Below, in pieces: positions 42,276 to 56,981 of a DNA stretch of 64,000 nucleotides; position 1 is the stretch's first letter, and each line of letters opens with the position of its first letter. Position numbers and translations under genes: made by a program. Source of the stretch: Octopus vulgaris (taxonomy: Eukaryota). The stretch covers positions 9,114,001 to 9,178,000 of the forward strand of contig OX597829.1 of the NCBI GenBank assembly GCA_951406725.2, in the 5' to 3' direction. The notes under the pieces are model-generated. The model made no database searches, was not told the DNA's origin, and saw nothing but the letters and a program-made list of their open reading frames with translations.

Positions 42276-44379
42276 ATATATATATATATTAATTTGCGAA
42301 GGTGTCATTAATTCTATTCTACCAAACCCACTCAGAAGGATTTGTTCGGCCCCAGGCTGTAGTAGAATACACCCACCCAAGGTGCCACGCAGTGAGAATG
42401 AACCCGGAACCTTGTGGTTGGGAAGCAAGCTTTTTACCACACAACCACACCTGCGCCCACATACATATTTAATTTTGGTGTCGTATCCGTTGTAAACTTA
42501 CCCTCTAGTATTATATATAATAAAATCATGGGATATTATGTTATATGGTGAATTAAATTGCATTGTATATGTTATGAGCTATGTGTTATGATATGAGATG
42601 TGTTATATGTAATTACTATCCCATGAAAACTCCCGGCTAGTTAGTTTGACTTCATCAACTTTTTTGGTGATTAAACTGTTTGTCCCTTTCTTTGATGTTC
42701 TACCCTACTGATCATATTCTGTTTAATTGTAATGGCTTTTATGTAAGTAGGTCTCCTAATTATATACTTCATAGAAACTATATAATTATGTATGTAATAG
42801 CACCTGTAACATTGCAACTTATAAAATCTCTTCGATCTGAATACCTCTAACTACCCTCACTACGCCCATACCTATTACCTCTTCTTTCGGGTTACCTTTA
42901 TCCCTTCCCTACCTCAAATTTCAATACCCTGTCTCTTTAAATATAGGTCATATATATTTCTTATTGTTTTCTATAAATTATTATTTTGTTTTCTTACTTT
43001 GATATCCTTACCTATAAATCTCTTATCCTTTAAAATTGTTACTGTTCGTAAATAGAGATTTTTCAGCTACATAGGTCTATGCGAGATGGTTATATTATAT
43101 CCATATAAACGTATAAATATTTTTGTATGTGTATATATGCATATATGTGCATAACCTATTAATCTCTTTTCCCTTATAAATTGTTATCTTTCTTGTTCGT
43201 AAATAGACACTTTTTAGTTACTTAAGTCCATGCGAGATGGTTATACTATATCCATATAAACATATAAATATTTGTATATGTGTGCATGTGTGCACATAGA
43301 TATATATGTGTTTATTAGTACACATCTTTAGTTTTTTTTCCTGATTCTTGGCTTATAATTAATATATAAATAGGCTGTTTATCTTTCCAGTATTCCATAA
43401 GTAGACGCCCTGAGCAGTCTTTATAGAAACCACCCAATAATTAGATAATTAAGTACGTGAATGTTAAACTGATTCTATGTAATCTTTCCTTTTTAATGTT
43501 GAAAATTGATATATACACACATTTTACCTATTTTGGTTATGATATCATTTTTGATAATCTTAAATTTTATTTTATTTTTATTCAACTATGGGTGACTGTT
43601 TATAAACAATCACCCATAGTACCCCCAGATAAAATTTCCTTATTAACATCATAGGTGTTATCAGCATCTTGCCCCTTTAACAGGTATTTAACATCATGAT
43701 TTAGGGATAAATATGTGTATGTATCACGCAGTTTTGCAATAAGTTCTAAGTCGAAAAATTATATCATCGTTTTTTTTTTACGAAAATTGTTCATTGCTTG
43801 AAAAATATTTGTCAAGTTTAAAAAAATTCAATATATACTCAATGCATGAAGTGTCACTGTTGGGCTCTTCATTAGGCAATGAAGAGCTCTCCACAGGAGC
43901 TATATATATATATATATTAATTTGCGAAGGTGTCATTAATTCTATTATTATCCGATGTAACTATTTTAAAAATGATAATAACAGAATCAATGACACAGGC
44001 GATAGCAGGCCAAAAAATTGCATTAAATAGCCGAGGGATTAAGATTAATCAAAGGACATACTAGGTATGTCTACCTGCTTGAAACAACAGTCAAAACGGT
44101 AGCAGCTCTCTGAACTTTTCTACCCTGTTCTTACGTCGACAGGATGATGGCGAACTTCTGCTGACTCTTTCGTCACAACTTTCTCTCGTTCTTTCCTCCT
44201 GCATCTTGCAGCTCACCTGCGACGGACCAGCGTCCCATCCAGGTGGGGAACCTATACGCCAAGGAAACCGGGAAACTGGCCCTTATGTGCCAGGCATGGC
44301 TCGAGAAGGAACAAACAAACACCGACAACTACACTTCCAAAGCACCCATATCGGTTGCTAATTCACTGTTGTAACAAAA

Positions 44380-45060
44380 GGTATAAACCACTTCTATGAA
44401 ACATTTTAGCTTCTATAAGAATTTATATTGCACGTACTCATGCTCTCAGCTACTCGTGTACTTCTGCCGTGTATGAAGCCTACATTCCATATCAGTCTGT
44501 AAGTGATCCAAGTAAATCTTTTATGTGTCCATAATTATCAATGGGTACACTATATGGAATGCCAATATGTTCCTGATCTTCATATTAAATATAGCCACTT
44601 ACCGACGTCAGTAGGGCCTCACCATCTTACCTTCTAACTCATGCTTTAATTTTTGCTAGGTTCATTCGTCTTTATTCTAAGTTTGTCTTCAAAGTCTATA
44701 CATTCTTCTTCAAATCTTCGATGGATACAGCTCGATGACAGATATTAGGTCATCAACATAAATGACTTCCTGCAGATAACCGTTCTAATATTGCTCTCTT
44801 ATGCATGTTATTATAAACAGAATATTATTGAGTTGCAAACCCACGATATTTTCAAGCTGACATTTGTTGCTAACAGTCATCTTACCACCGACACAACTCT
44901 GCATCGCCTGCACGGATCTCGCAAGACACTTGCCTGTTCTTACTATTCTTAGTGATTACCACACAATAGAGTGTGGAACTATGTCAAACTTTATTCCAGG
45001 TCCATAGACAAAGGCATCGGTTGTCCATTCCACTAGACATAAATTTGAAGAGGATTTCGT
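44380..45060 (-). mobile_element. Highly decayed RTE RT fragment
   Basis: Minus strand reads KFDIVPHSIVW*SLR..LARSVQAM and IYVDDL, colinear with the RTE RT at 22433-22930. Confidence 0.55.
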
Positions 45061-45137
45061 CTTGCATAATGGTCTACTTAATCACTATTACATATTTTTC
45101 AGTAATTCTGTCCCTCCACACCATTCTCTTTCTATCG

Positions 45138-45168
<31 letters not shown>

Positions 45169-46263
45169 TGTATGTATGTATGTATGTATGTATGTATGTA
45201 TGTATGTATGTATGTATGTATGCATGCACACACATACATATTAAAAACAGGTTAACATCTTATTGTGAAATAATCAGCGATTTCAACTATAGTTACCAAA
45301 CAATTTTACCCCGAAACAATACTATGTTGATGAAGTTTATATGCATGTATTTATATTTGAATATTTATTTTGGTTGTAACATCGGTCTCCATCTTCAGTT
45401 AATCAACAATGGAAAAAAAAAATAATAATAATGCGATCTACTTAACAGATCTATTCGTAGGATGTTTAACAAGTGGAGATGATCGTTCAGTGATACGGCT
45501 CGTTCTGGCCGTGCAGCGTCGATCAGGAATACGAGTCTTACTTTCGGTTACTCACCCATTATGAACACCCCAGACCTCACTCATAGCTGTACACGTCTCG
45601 CTTGAATAACTGCGATATATCTTCATGAATTTACGAACTAAATTCAAACACACACGAAGTAAAAACAATTAAAATAACTAGTTACGATGAGTTCACATCG
45701 CACGGCGTAACTTTTCGCTGTAAAAGGAAGAGTTACTTCCCTTAACGTAGCTATTTTCAAAGCATTTGGCGGGGAAAGAGAAGTTAACCATGAAATTAGG
45801 GGACAGATGAATCAGAGGCGACGAGGATGGAGGGACATCATTTGGAAAAAAATTTTCAGTCATTTCACTGCAGCCATGTTGGGGCACCGCATTGAAGGGT
45901 TTTAGTGGAACAAATTGACTCCACGGCTTATTTTTTTTAAAGCCTATACTTATTCTCTCGTTCAGTTTTAACGAACCGCTAGGTTACTGGGACACCGGTT
46001 GTTGAACGGTGGTGAGGGACAAACGCAGACACAAAGACAAACACGCATAAGTACATACACACACAAACACACACACACACATACATACATACATCCATCC
46101 ATACATACATACATACATACATACATACATACATACATACATACATACATACATACATACATACATACATACATACATACATACATACAAACGTACGAAC
46201 GAGTGTATGTATGTATGTATGTATGTATGTATGTATGTATGTATGTATGTATGTATGTATGTA

Positions 46264-46294
<31 letters not shown>

Positions 46295-46323
46295 ATGTAT
46301 GTATGTATGTATGTATGTATGTA

Positions 46324-46354
<31 letters not shown>

Positions 46355-46648
46355 ATGTATGTATGTATGTATGTATGTATGTATGTATGTATGTATGAAG
46401 GTAAGTATGTATATGACGGCTTCTTTCAGTTTCCACCCACCAAATCCATTCACATGGCTTTAGGCGACCCGAGGCTATAGTACAAGACACTTGCCCAAGG
46501 TGCCATGCAGTGGGACTTAATTCGGAACCAGGTGGTTAGGAGGCAAGTTTCTTACCACAGAAGCACGCCTTAATGTTCAAGTTGTTTTTTTTCTTGCTAT
46601 TTATATTGTCCCATATGGTAGTATCTAGAAAAAAGTGTTACCAGTTAT

Positions 46649-46717
<69 letters not shown>

Positions 46718-46745
46718 GAGTTTAGTTCTGTACAAAACTGACACG

Positions 46746-46793
<48 letters not shown>

Positions 46794-47588
46794 GAAAGAT
46801 GAATAATCTTGTTGCAGATTAATCAAAAGTTTAACCGATACCTTGGTAGCAAAAATCACATATATATATATAATGGATTTCATGAAAAGAATCTTCGTGG
46901 AAGAAAACACTGTGGTGGAAGCAAAAAGTCGTGTGCGATGAAAAGTACAGTAAAACACAAGTTTAATTTGCTGGAAGTGTATGACCGCAGCCTGCGCATG
47001 AGCAGTTTGAGATGTTAGTCGCTTCTTTTTGCAATCAATAGAAGTGGAAAGATTCAATAACCCCTCAAATGAACGAGCGGCTCTTTCTTTAGATAGCGTT
47101 GTTCACTTGTTAACCAGGAAAGCCTCAAAAGAAAACGTGTGCCCTAAAAAAAAAACTTCGCTTGATTCTAGGATTGGCCAGCAACCCTACGGCTTACACT
47201 TCTACTTTTCTTTTAGCGGGTTTCTCTGGTTGTATTCAATATTATTCAATAACCTTACAACTTTTCACTGTGTGTGCGTGTTTACATATATATATAATCT
47301 AACATACACAATTACGAAAGAGCAACTGATAGTTTCATACTTTAAGATACATTAAATTGGCAGATTTATATAACATGCCATTTAACTCCAAGACAGTTTA
47401 ACGTATCTAGAAGCATGAAGCTATTAGGAGCTCTTTCATAATTTTGCATATTAAAGGATATTTATCCTTCATTGGATGGAGTACTTCTTTTGCGGATCCT
47501 ACCTATAACAGAACAACAACATACACACACACACACACACACACCACACACACATGTTTATACATATATTTATATATATGTATATGTG

Positions 47589-47658
<70 letters not shown>

Positions 47659-47829
47659 CGTGTATGTATATGTGTATATGTATATATATATAAGATTCAA
47701 ATGAATATGGTACTTAAGTTGAGGCACCAGAATTTAGTACGGTATTATCCATACAATTCCAAAATAAAGTGATTAACATCAAAATAAGCAACAAGGATAT
47801 CCAGACGTAGTATATATCTGTCTGTCTGC

Positions 47830-47971
<142 letters not shown>

Positions 47972-48202
47972 GACGCTAGTGATAGATCGTTGCTACTACA
48001 CACACATCCTGTCAATCTCTTTTTTCTCTCCTTGTTTTAAAAGATTTTTCTGTGTACCTTTCTGTAGAAGAGTGTAGGCTCGAAACGTAAAAAGACTTTT
48101 TTTTTTTTTTTTTTTTTTTTCTATTCCTGAGCGCTATACTAATACATCTGTTTGTTTGTACACCACCTGCTTTCGTCTTTTGTTTATTTTCGTAAACTTT
48201 CC

Positions 48203-49195
<993 letters not shown>

Positions 49196-49234
49196 TAATT
49201 TTGACATGATGGATTTTTTATTAGACTTTTATTA

Positions 49235-49282
49235 GGCACAACATATGTTTCGACCCATCAGTCTGGGTCTCTTCAGGAACAT
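49235..49282 (-). ncRNA. Hammerhead-like motif with intact core and poor stem I
   Basis: CTGAAGA-GACCCA-gactga-TGGGTC-GAAAC-ATAT-GTT. Confidence 0.6.
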
Positions 49283-49528
49283 TGATAAAGATGTCTCACT
49301 AGAGATTTTTACCCACCAAGTTTGGGAATGAATGAAAGTAAATAATATTATAGAAAGACAAAAATATATGAACATGGAAAACTTTCGTTCCAGTTTAGAT
49401 AAAATGAAGTAATCAGCTTTTGCTGTCGTCACTGCTTAGAGGAAAAAGAAAGTAGAAGGTGAAAGGAACATTAATACTTAGACAAGTAGTTTCATGTTCG
49501 TGCATATACACATACATACATACATACA

Positions 49529-49564
<36 letters not shown>

Positions 49565-49788
49565 TATATATGTGTGTGTGTGTGTATGTATGTATATACA
49601 CACATACATATACATACACACATGCATATATGGACATACAAATATACACAAACGCATATATGTAGGTAAGCGTATGGATATACACATATATACACATACA
49701 CATACATAAAGATGCATATAGATATGTACATAGATCCAGATACACATACGCGAAAACAGACAAACACACCCACACGCATTATACACAC

Positions 49789-49839
<51 letters not shown>

Positions 49840-49949
49840 TATATAAATATACATACATGTATACATAACACATCTGCATTATAATGTTACATGTCTAAAT
49901 ACATGTTATTCGGATATTGCTCTTTTTTAGTATTTGAGGTTATAACTGA

Positions 49950-51360
49950 GGGAGATTAAACCTAGCTGTAGGTGTTGGGGTTCCATTAGTCAGATATGTT
50001 TTAGATTGTAGGCATCTGGGTAATTGTTCTGTAAATCTGATTATAAGGCGCTCCTTTGTTAACAATATTGAGAGTGATTCTTCGGAACATAGCTTGAATT
50101 TCAAGGAAAATGTCGTATGGGGACACACATATCTAATTACGGACCAGGTCAGGTCTCGTTCGAATATTTGCTACTACCACCGAGATCTGCACCCTTGAGC
50201 CTTCAGATAAAATCAGTCAGTAATGTTACATGCCGTTTAAGGATTTTTCGAAAGCTGGCAATGTGGTTACGATATCAATTCTTGAAAATATCGGCCGATA
50301 CTTTGATATATAAGTAGGGGCCTCCATTAGTGTTTACATTTCTGGTCATGCATTGATTGCCCAAGGGCCATTTGGATCTGTCTCTGCATGAGCATAACTG
50401 TTCTCTTTTGTTTTATTTGTTTGCTTGAGTGCAGCGAGCACTAGATGAATTGGTTCTATTCAGTAGATCCGTGGTCATTGTTATCCTATTATTATCACTA
50501 TTTCTGGGCGTGTTAGTGTTGTTGTTTGAATTGTTGCCGGTGTGATTTGTTGGACGGTCATTGTAGATATTGTAGTTGTTTTTTCTCGGTTGGTTGGTAT
50601 TATAGTTCGAGTCACAAGGCGGCGAGCTGGCAGAAACGTTAGCACGCCTGGCGAAATGCTTAGCGATATTTCGTCTGTCTTTACGTTCTGAGTTCAAATT
50701 CCGTCCAGGTCGACTTTGCCTTTCATCCTCTCGGGGTCGGTAAATTAAGTATCAGTTGCGTTCAGGGGTCATCTACTTGACTGGCCCTTCCCCTCAAATT
50801 TCAGGCCTTGTGCCTAGAGTAGAAACGATTATAGTTCGAGTCATTATCACTTTGATGCATTAATTGTTTGGTATTAGCGTTGTCTCGATGTCAGTTATAT
50901 GAGTCATAGTTAATTTTTAAGGGCTTATTTTGAGTGCAGCATGTTCGATGTCTTAGTTTACGATTGTTAACCTTATGAATGTAGTGCTCTATATTTCATG
51001 AGTTAGCATAGGACAGTTATACAGTGTGGCGGTTGAACATTTTACTGTGTGACGGTCTGTTTTTAAGAAAGCAACAATCGAGTGCAGCGAAGAATTGTTT
51101 CACGATCTCAGATGAGACGTTCAAGCCCCATATTGGACATTATGGTTTTTGTTAGGTCTGTTAGGTCTGTTAGGAGCGGTGCTGGGATTTTGTGGTGTTA
51201 GATGTGTTGTCTATTACTAGTTTTCTCTAACTTATAGTTGGTTCTTTTGTATCTAGGTTTGGTTAGTCTTTACTTGCGGTTTGGGATTCTATTATCTCGG
51301 TTATTAACTTATTAATGCATGTGGTTACTACTGTGTTTAGGCAAGGCTATTATAATGATT
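49950..51360 (-). mobile_element. Penelope-like GIY-YIG and linker relic with a SINE inserted
   Basis: Minus strand WPLGNQCMT and YIKVSADIFKN*YRNHIASF resemble CPL.G.C and YIG.TE..FK.RY.NH..SF. An N/T-rich linker lies upstream. Boundaries approximate. Confidence 0.55.
50618..50826 (+). mobile_element. SINE family A (second tail type)
   Basis: ggcggcgagctggcagaaacgttagcac head, core, and tail ..gccttgtgcctagagtagaaa. Confidence 0.85.
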
Positions 51361-51389
51361 CGTACTATTACCCATTGAATTATGTGAGT

Positions 51390-51456
<67 letters not shown>

Positions 51457-51499
51457 ACTCATACTACTACTACTATTACTACTACTACTACTGCTGCTG

Positions 51500-51545
<46 letters not shown>

Positions 51546-51627
51546 AACAACTACAAGGGGCGTATTGGATTTTTCCACGGTATCCGGTCTTAGCTAGGGC
51601 TGTTATAATAGAGTGCGTGTTTGTTGA

Positions 51628-51676
<49 letters not shown>

Positions 51677-51899
51677 GGGATGGTATTATTAAAATACCAT
51701 CACGAGTGGTAAGCGAATTATCAGCCGTACAGGCAAATTAAAAAAATACATACATAGAATATTAGATATGTACATATATACACAAGAGTAGTACATGAGT
51801 ACCTATATCGCTAAAAACAGAAGTCAAAAATACTTGTGTACCAGCGAATGTACCAGACATGATAGGAAAAAAATATCAGTGAACAATAATAATAATAAT

Positions 51900-52330
51900 G
51901 TCTTACGACGACGACGACGTTTGAACACTGTATGGTCTTCTATTCTGTGCTTCGTTTACCTATCGCCAGCAGATGTGAGTAACGAAGATTGTAACGAGGA
52001 AAAACCCTCATCCAAAATGGATTATTTCCGTTCAGATAAATGTGAGCAGCTTCTCTTAATCATGTGTTGGATACATCATATCTAACCGAGGAGGCTTCAT
52101 CTTTGCTACCCTGGAACAGGAGATAGCAAGTAAATATCTGATCGGCAGAAGAGTTAGGGATGTCTCTGGTGGATATCCACGTTATACTAGAAAATATCGA
52201 TTCTGCAATATTAGAGCAGAAGATAATATCCATATCATCAACAGGTGTCTGAAAATATCCACATAATACTACCCTCCCATAAGATAAGACATCTTTTTTT
52301 CAAATAGCAAAGAATTATCCTATGGGAATG
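51900..52330 (+). mobile_element. R4/Dong- or NeSL-like (RLE) non-LTR retrotransposon C-terminal relic
   Basis: GFIFATLEQEIASKYL..RKYRFCNIRAEDNIHIINRCLKIST*YYPPIR*D matches the decayed 'AIQEQ..T..CRLC..E...HI..GC...Y..RHD' motif. Confidence 0.7.
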
Positions 52331-52460
52331 ATATCTTATAGATTTTTGTCCTTAAAAGTTGTTGAACTCGTGACCCTGTTCATTAGATTTACCACTGGAC
52401 TACTTTACGAAAAATTATGAAAACAACGAATATGAATTTAAAATTTAGCAGATATATATT

Positions 52461-52521
<61 letters not shown>

Positions 52522-52526
52522 GTAAT

Positions 52527-53304
52527 AATTAATTAATTAATTATTAATAATTTTACCAAGCAGTGTTCAGTATGTAAAAAGGACCATTTACTGTATATTT
52601 AAACATTACTTTATATAATTAGGGTTCAGCAAAAAAATTGCTTTACCACACACCGAATTATTAGAAATAGCAGCCAAAGGATTTAGCTATTTCCTCTACT
52701 ATAAGAAGAGTCTCCCAGACAATGTATACTCAAAAACAATTCACGTGGGCATAGTGGGAAAAATAACGAAAGATCACTCGTACATCGATTACTTGAGAAC
52801 GCCGTTTCTGGGTTAGTTAGATATAGAGATGCTATAAATACATACCTATTCCAACATTCCTGTCATCAGCCCAAGATTTCGTTAAATTTAAATTTGAGAG
52901 CACTAAAAATCGAACGTACCCGTCTGATTTGAGTAACCCCAGACGAACCACCTTCGACCACCAGTACTAACGAATGTTGGAATAGGTATGTATTTATAGC
53001 ATCTCTATATCTAACGAACCCAGAAACGCGTTCTCAAGTAATCGATTTACGAGTGATCTTTCGTTATTTTTCCCTCTATGCCCACGTGAATTGTTTTTGA
53101 GTATACATTGTCTGGGAAACTTTTCTTATAGTAGAGGAAATAGCTAAATTCTTTGGCTGCTATTTCTAAAAGTTCGGTGTGTGGTAAAGTAAATTATTTT
53201 ACTGAACCCTAATTATATAACGAAATGTTTTAAATATACCGTAAATGCTCTTTTTACATACTGAACACTGCTTGGTAAAATTATTAATTACTAATTAATT
53301 AATT
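52527..53304. repeat. Long inverted repeat (about 330-bp arms, 112-bp spacer)
   Basis: 52527-52859 is the reverse complement of 52972-53304 with scattered mismatches. Confidence 0.95.
52792..52875 (-). ncRNA. Hammerhead-like motif with a long, mispaired stem II
   Basis: CTTGGG-CTGATGA-(long insert)-GAAAC-GGC-GTT-CTCAAG. Stem I CTTGGG/CTCAAG pairs with one G-U. Confidence 0.5.
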
Positions 53305-53559
53305 TTACCCTTATTATTATTGACAATATAATTCTTTCCCTGATAATAAACTACAGATCCCTCTGTAGGGACTTGTTGCTCTATAACTCACGTGGGTGGA
53401 CAGGGGAGGATGCAAAGCCTCATTCGTACCTTTTGAATTCGTTAGTACTGGTGGTCGAAGGTGGTTCGTCTGGGGTTACTCAAATCAGAGGGGTACGTTC
53501 GATTTTTAGTGCTGAACCCTAATTATATATATATAGTAGTAACAGAAAAGGGGAATTTC

Positions 53560-55785
53560 GGTTGTCCCCACGTGGTGGATTGTAATGTATATAAGAAAAT
53601 AAAAACGGAAAATACGCACTTACATGGTTATTGAATAATTCTTAATGTATCGACCGGTTTCGCAATCGCTATTCATGATACAATGTTTAATTTATATGAA
53701 AATATATTTTTCTTAAGAAGAAAATGGGTCCATGTTGTTTCTAATGAAATTCACGAGTGAATGATTTTACAAATTGACAAGTAAAGGGAGGTAATTGGTT
53801 GTTATTGCTGTTATTGTTGTGTGTAAGGGAGATAACTGTTTAGGTTTTGGGTGGCGAATAAATATGTATACAGAAAAGAGACAGGTTTTTTTAAAAAAAG
53901 GGGCCTTGTTTAGTAGTGGATTTATGTACAGTGATGTAATATGTAAATATATAAAAATTGGTTATGCGTGCTTATTAAGACGCGTTTTGTATTTTTCAAT
54001 GAAAAGAGTTTCTTTATTTAAGCGTTCTAGTTGAGAGATTGTGTCTTTGCACTGGTAGAAAGGGAAGACTATAGAATTTGATTTGATGTTACCTGCACAT
54101 TTTTCTATGTGTTCACTAAGAGGAATTTGTCTGTATTGCGGGAAACGGATTTGCTCCTTATGTAGAGTGATTCTCTTCCTCAAAGTTAAACTCGTTTGTC
54201 CAATAGTACATTGTTGCTCTATAACTCACGTGGGTGGACAGTCATCAGTACGATGACTGCAACCCGAGCAGGTTATTACATAAATTAGGTTCTCAGAGGC
54301 ACAGGTGAAACTAGTTTTAATTGTGAACCTCTGTCCTTGTTTGAAAAGGAAATCCGAGCCTTCAAGCAGGTGGGGGCAGGTTCCACAGTTCGGGCGTTTT
54401 CAACCGTTGGTTTCATGGTTGTTTTGTAAAGCTTCGCATTTGTTAGTAGTCTCTTTAGTGATTTGTCTTGTTTTTTTGCATTTGATGTAAAAGGGATGTT
54501 TATTTTTATGTGTTTCGGGTGGCATGAGTTAAAAAGAAGATATTGTTTTGTGTCAGTTAGTTTATAATAAATGTCAGTTATGATTTCATTGTTGACTTTT
54601 TTTATCATGATGTCTAAAAATGGAAGTTGTTCTTTATTATATTCCATTGTGAATTGAATGTTACTATTTATGTCATTTACTGTTGTTTTGAAATCCAAAA
54701 GTTTGTCGATGTTCTCCTTCCAGATGATAAAACAGTCATCCAGGTATCGTTTCCAATTTTCTCTTATGTAGAGGTAAAATGGTGACCATATTTCTGAAGT
54801 GATACTTCATATAAGGTGAATTCAAAATATTTCTGACGATAGTATGTGTCATCAAATAGGAAATAATTGTTCTGAAGTATAAATTTTAAGGATTCAATAA
54901 TAAAGATCTGGTTTATGCGTTCCGGGAGGACTTCGGGGTACTTTTCCAACCAGAATTTACTTGCTTTTATTCCATAGTCATGGGGGATGTTGGTGTAAAG
55001 ATTGATAACATCGAGGGTGACCAATACTGCCTCTTCATTAATTGTTTTTGGTAGGTGTTCTAGCATATCTAGATCATCTCTAATGAAGCTTTTGAAGTAT
55101 TTCAGCAAGAGTTTCAGTAGGATGTCTAGAAAATTGCTTAGGCGGTGGGTTTCACAGGCCGGCCCAGCTACAATGGGTCTTAAAGTCAAGTCTTCTGGCG
55201 TTTGGATATTTATATATTTGCCTGGTGACTGTTTACAGGCTTCATTGATTATCTTGCTTTTGTGTATTTTAGGGAGGCCGTAAAAAAGACTGGGTTTACA
55301 TTTGAAGTTCGTGATGTAGTCTGTTTCTTTTTCTCTCAGGCCTTTTCCATGTAGAAGAATTAAGGATGCAAGATTTTTCATTGTTTTTCGTTGTTTATAG
55401 TTTATAACTTTTTCGTAGAAGGCCTCGTTTTCTAGTATGGATGGTACTAGTTTTTTATAGTGTTCTGTGTCCATCAGAACTACAGCACTTCCTTTGTCAG
55501 CTTCTTTAATTGTCAGGTCTTTGTCGTTTTGTAGTTCAGTCAGATTTTTCCATTCTAGATTGTTGAGGTTAGGATTAATTTTTTTTTAATGGATGTGTAG
55601 GGGAAATTTTGGAAATGGTTGCAGAAGTCATCCAGTGTTTTATTCCTACCCTTATGTGGAAGGTAATTACTTCTGTTTTTGACTAGTGATTCATCTTCAT
55701 TGTCATAGTCAGTTAGTGCTTCTGCGGGTATAGTTTTCTGCAGAATATTGTCATTAATTTCATTATGGTTAGCTCTTAATTTCAT
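53560..55785 (-). mobile_element. Penelope-like retroelement (RT plus GIY-YIG endonuclease), degenerate
   Basis: LFYGLPKIHK, LRPIV, LDVINLYTNIP, WKRYLDDCF (about 54735-54755), LPFLDI, YLLFNSCHPKH, then NLIYVITC..IGQT.LRKRITLH. A hammerhead-like fold lies in the 3' repeat. Confidence 0.92.
53646..53682 (-). ncRNA. Minimal Penelope-type hammerhead relic
   Basis: TGTATC-ATGAATA-GCGATTGC-GAAAC-CG-GTC-GATACA. Perfect 6-bp stem I, palindromic ACCGGT stem III, and two core substitutions. Confidence 0.55.
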
Positions 55786-56135
55786 AGTGGCATCTCCATG
55801 TCTCTCTCTTTGCAGCCTCGTTTAGCGCAAGAGAACCATCATCCATACGGACACATTTCTCTCCTATGACATCGCGATTTTCTCTCACACAGTCTTGCAA
55901 TTCAAAACACTTCAATCTCTGGTCCTCACAAAGCAAAACATTGGCAAATTTTTTTCTTATTTGCTTCCCTTCTGGTTACGTAAACTTATCTCCTTGCTTC
56001 CCTTCTGGCACTCTGATGCAGTTCCCTGTTACCGCCACTTTTCCTGTCCTTCCATGCCTGTTTCTTTTCCCTAATGGCCCTGTCACCTACATTGTTCCAC
56101 CACTGTGTTACCTTAGGTCGAGAAGGTACCAGCCA
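55783..56135 (-). mobile_element. RTE LINE fragment abutting the Penelope element
   Basis: Nucleotide match to about 23415-23770 (catagtggcatctcca, acacatttctctccta, aacattggcaaatttt). Confidence 0.8.
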
Positions 56136-56182
56136 CAGTATATATATATCTAACGTCATATATGTAATATAGTATATATATG

Positions 56183-56218
<36 letters not shown>

Positions 56219-56237
56219 ATTTTATAGAAGGAGCTTC

Positions 56238-56296
<59 letters not shown>

Positions 56297-56436
56297 ATAT
56301 GTATATATATATATATAAATAAATATATATATATATATATGTATACATATATGAATATATATATAGATAGATAGATAAACAGATAGATAGATATAGACAG
56401 ATAGATAGATAGACAGATAGCTAGATAGATAAATAA

Positions 56437-56517
<81 letters not shown>

Positions 56518-56948
56518 AACATAGATATGTGTGTGCGTATAAGATGTACACATATATAGAGATTTATACATACACATATAGCTACATGCGTATGTATTCA
56601 TATACACACACGTGCATATCAATCTGCTTGTCTCTAATAATTATATTTCCTATATGACTGTCTATGAAATACTAACACCAACTGATCAGGCAGGAGAGAC
56701 ATTTATCTAACACTGATATTGGTATAAAACAAGAAAAATCAATACTTTATCAATATCCTCAGAATTGAACCTGCTATACAGCTACATCACATTCAGACAT
56801 TCGGACTTGCGATTGCTTCTTTAGACAAATAACGAACACGTAATTTCTAACAGAAAGTACTTATTGAATTAACGAACAAAACAAAAATATAACTGTGAGA
56901 GCTATAACGGTAGAGAAATGGAAGGAAATTATATCATTGGAGAAGGTG

Positions 56949-56981
<33 letters not shown>

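Noticed and set aside
45550-45760. Upstream alternative first exon on the minus strand (ATGG|GTGAGT) in CpG-richer DNA
   Set aside because: Its phase 1 donor does not fit AK7 exon 2 (phase 0) and no partner exon was found.
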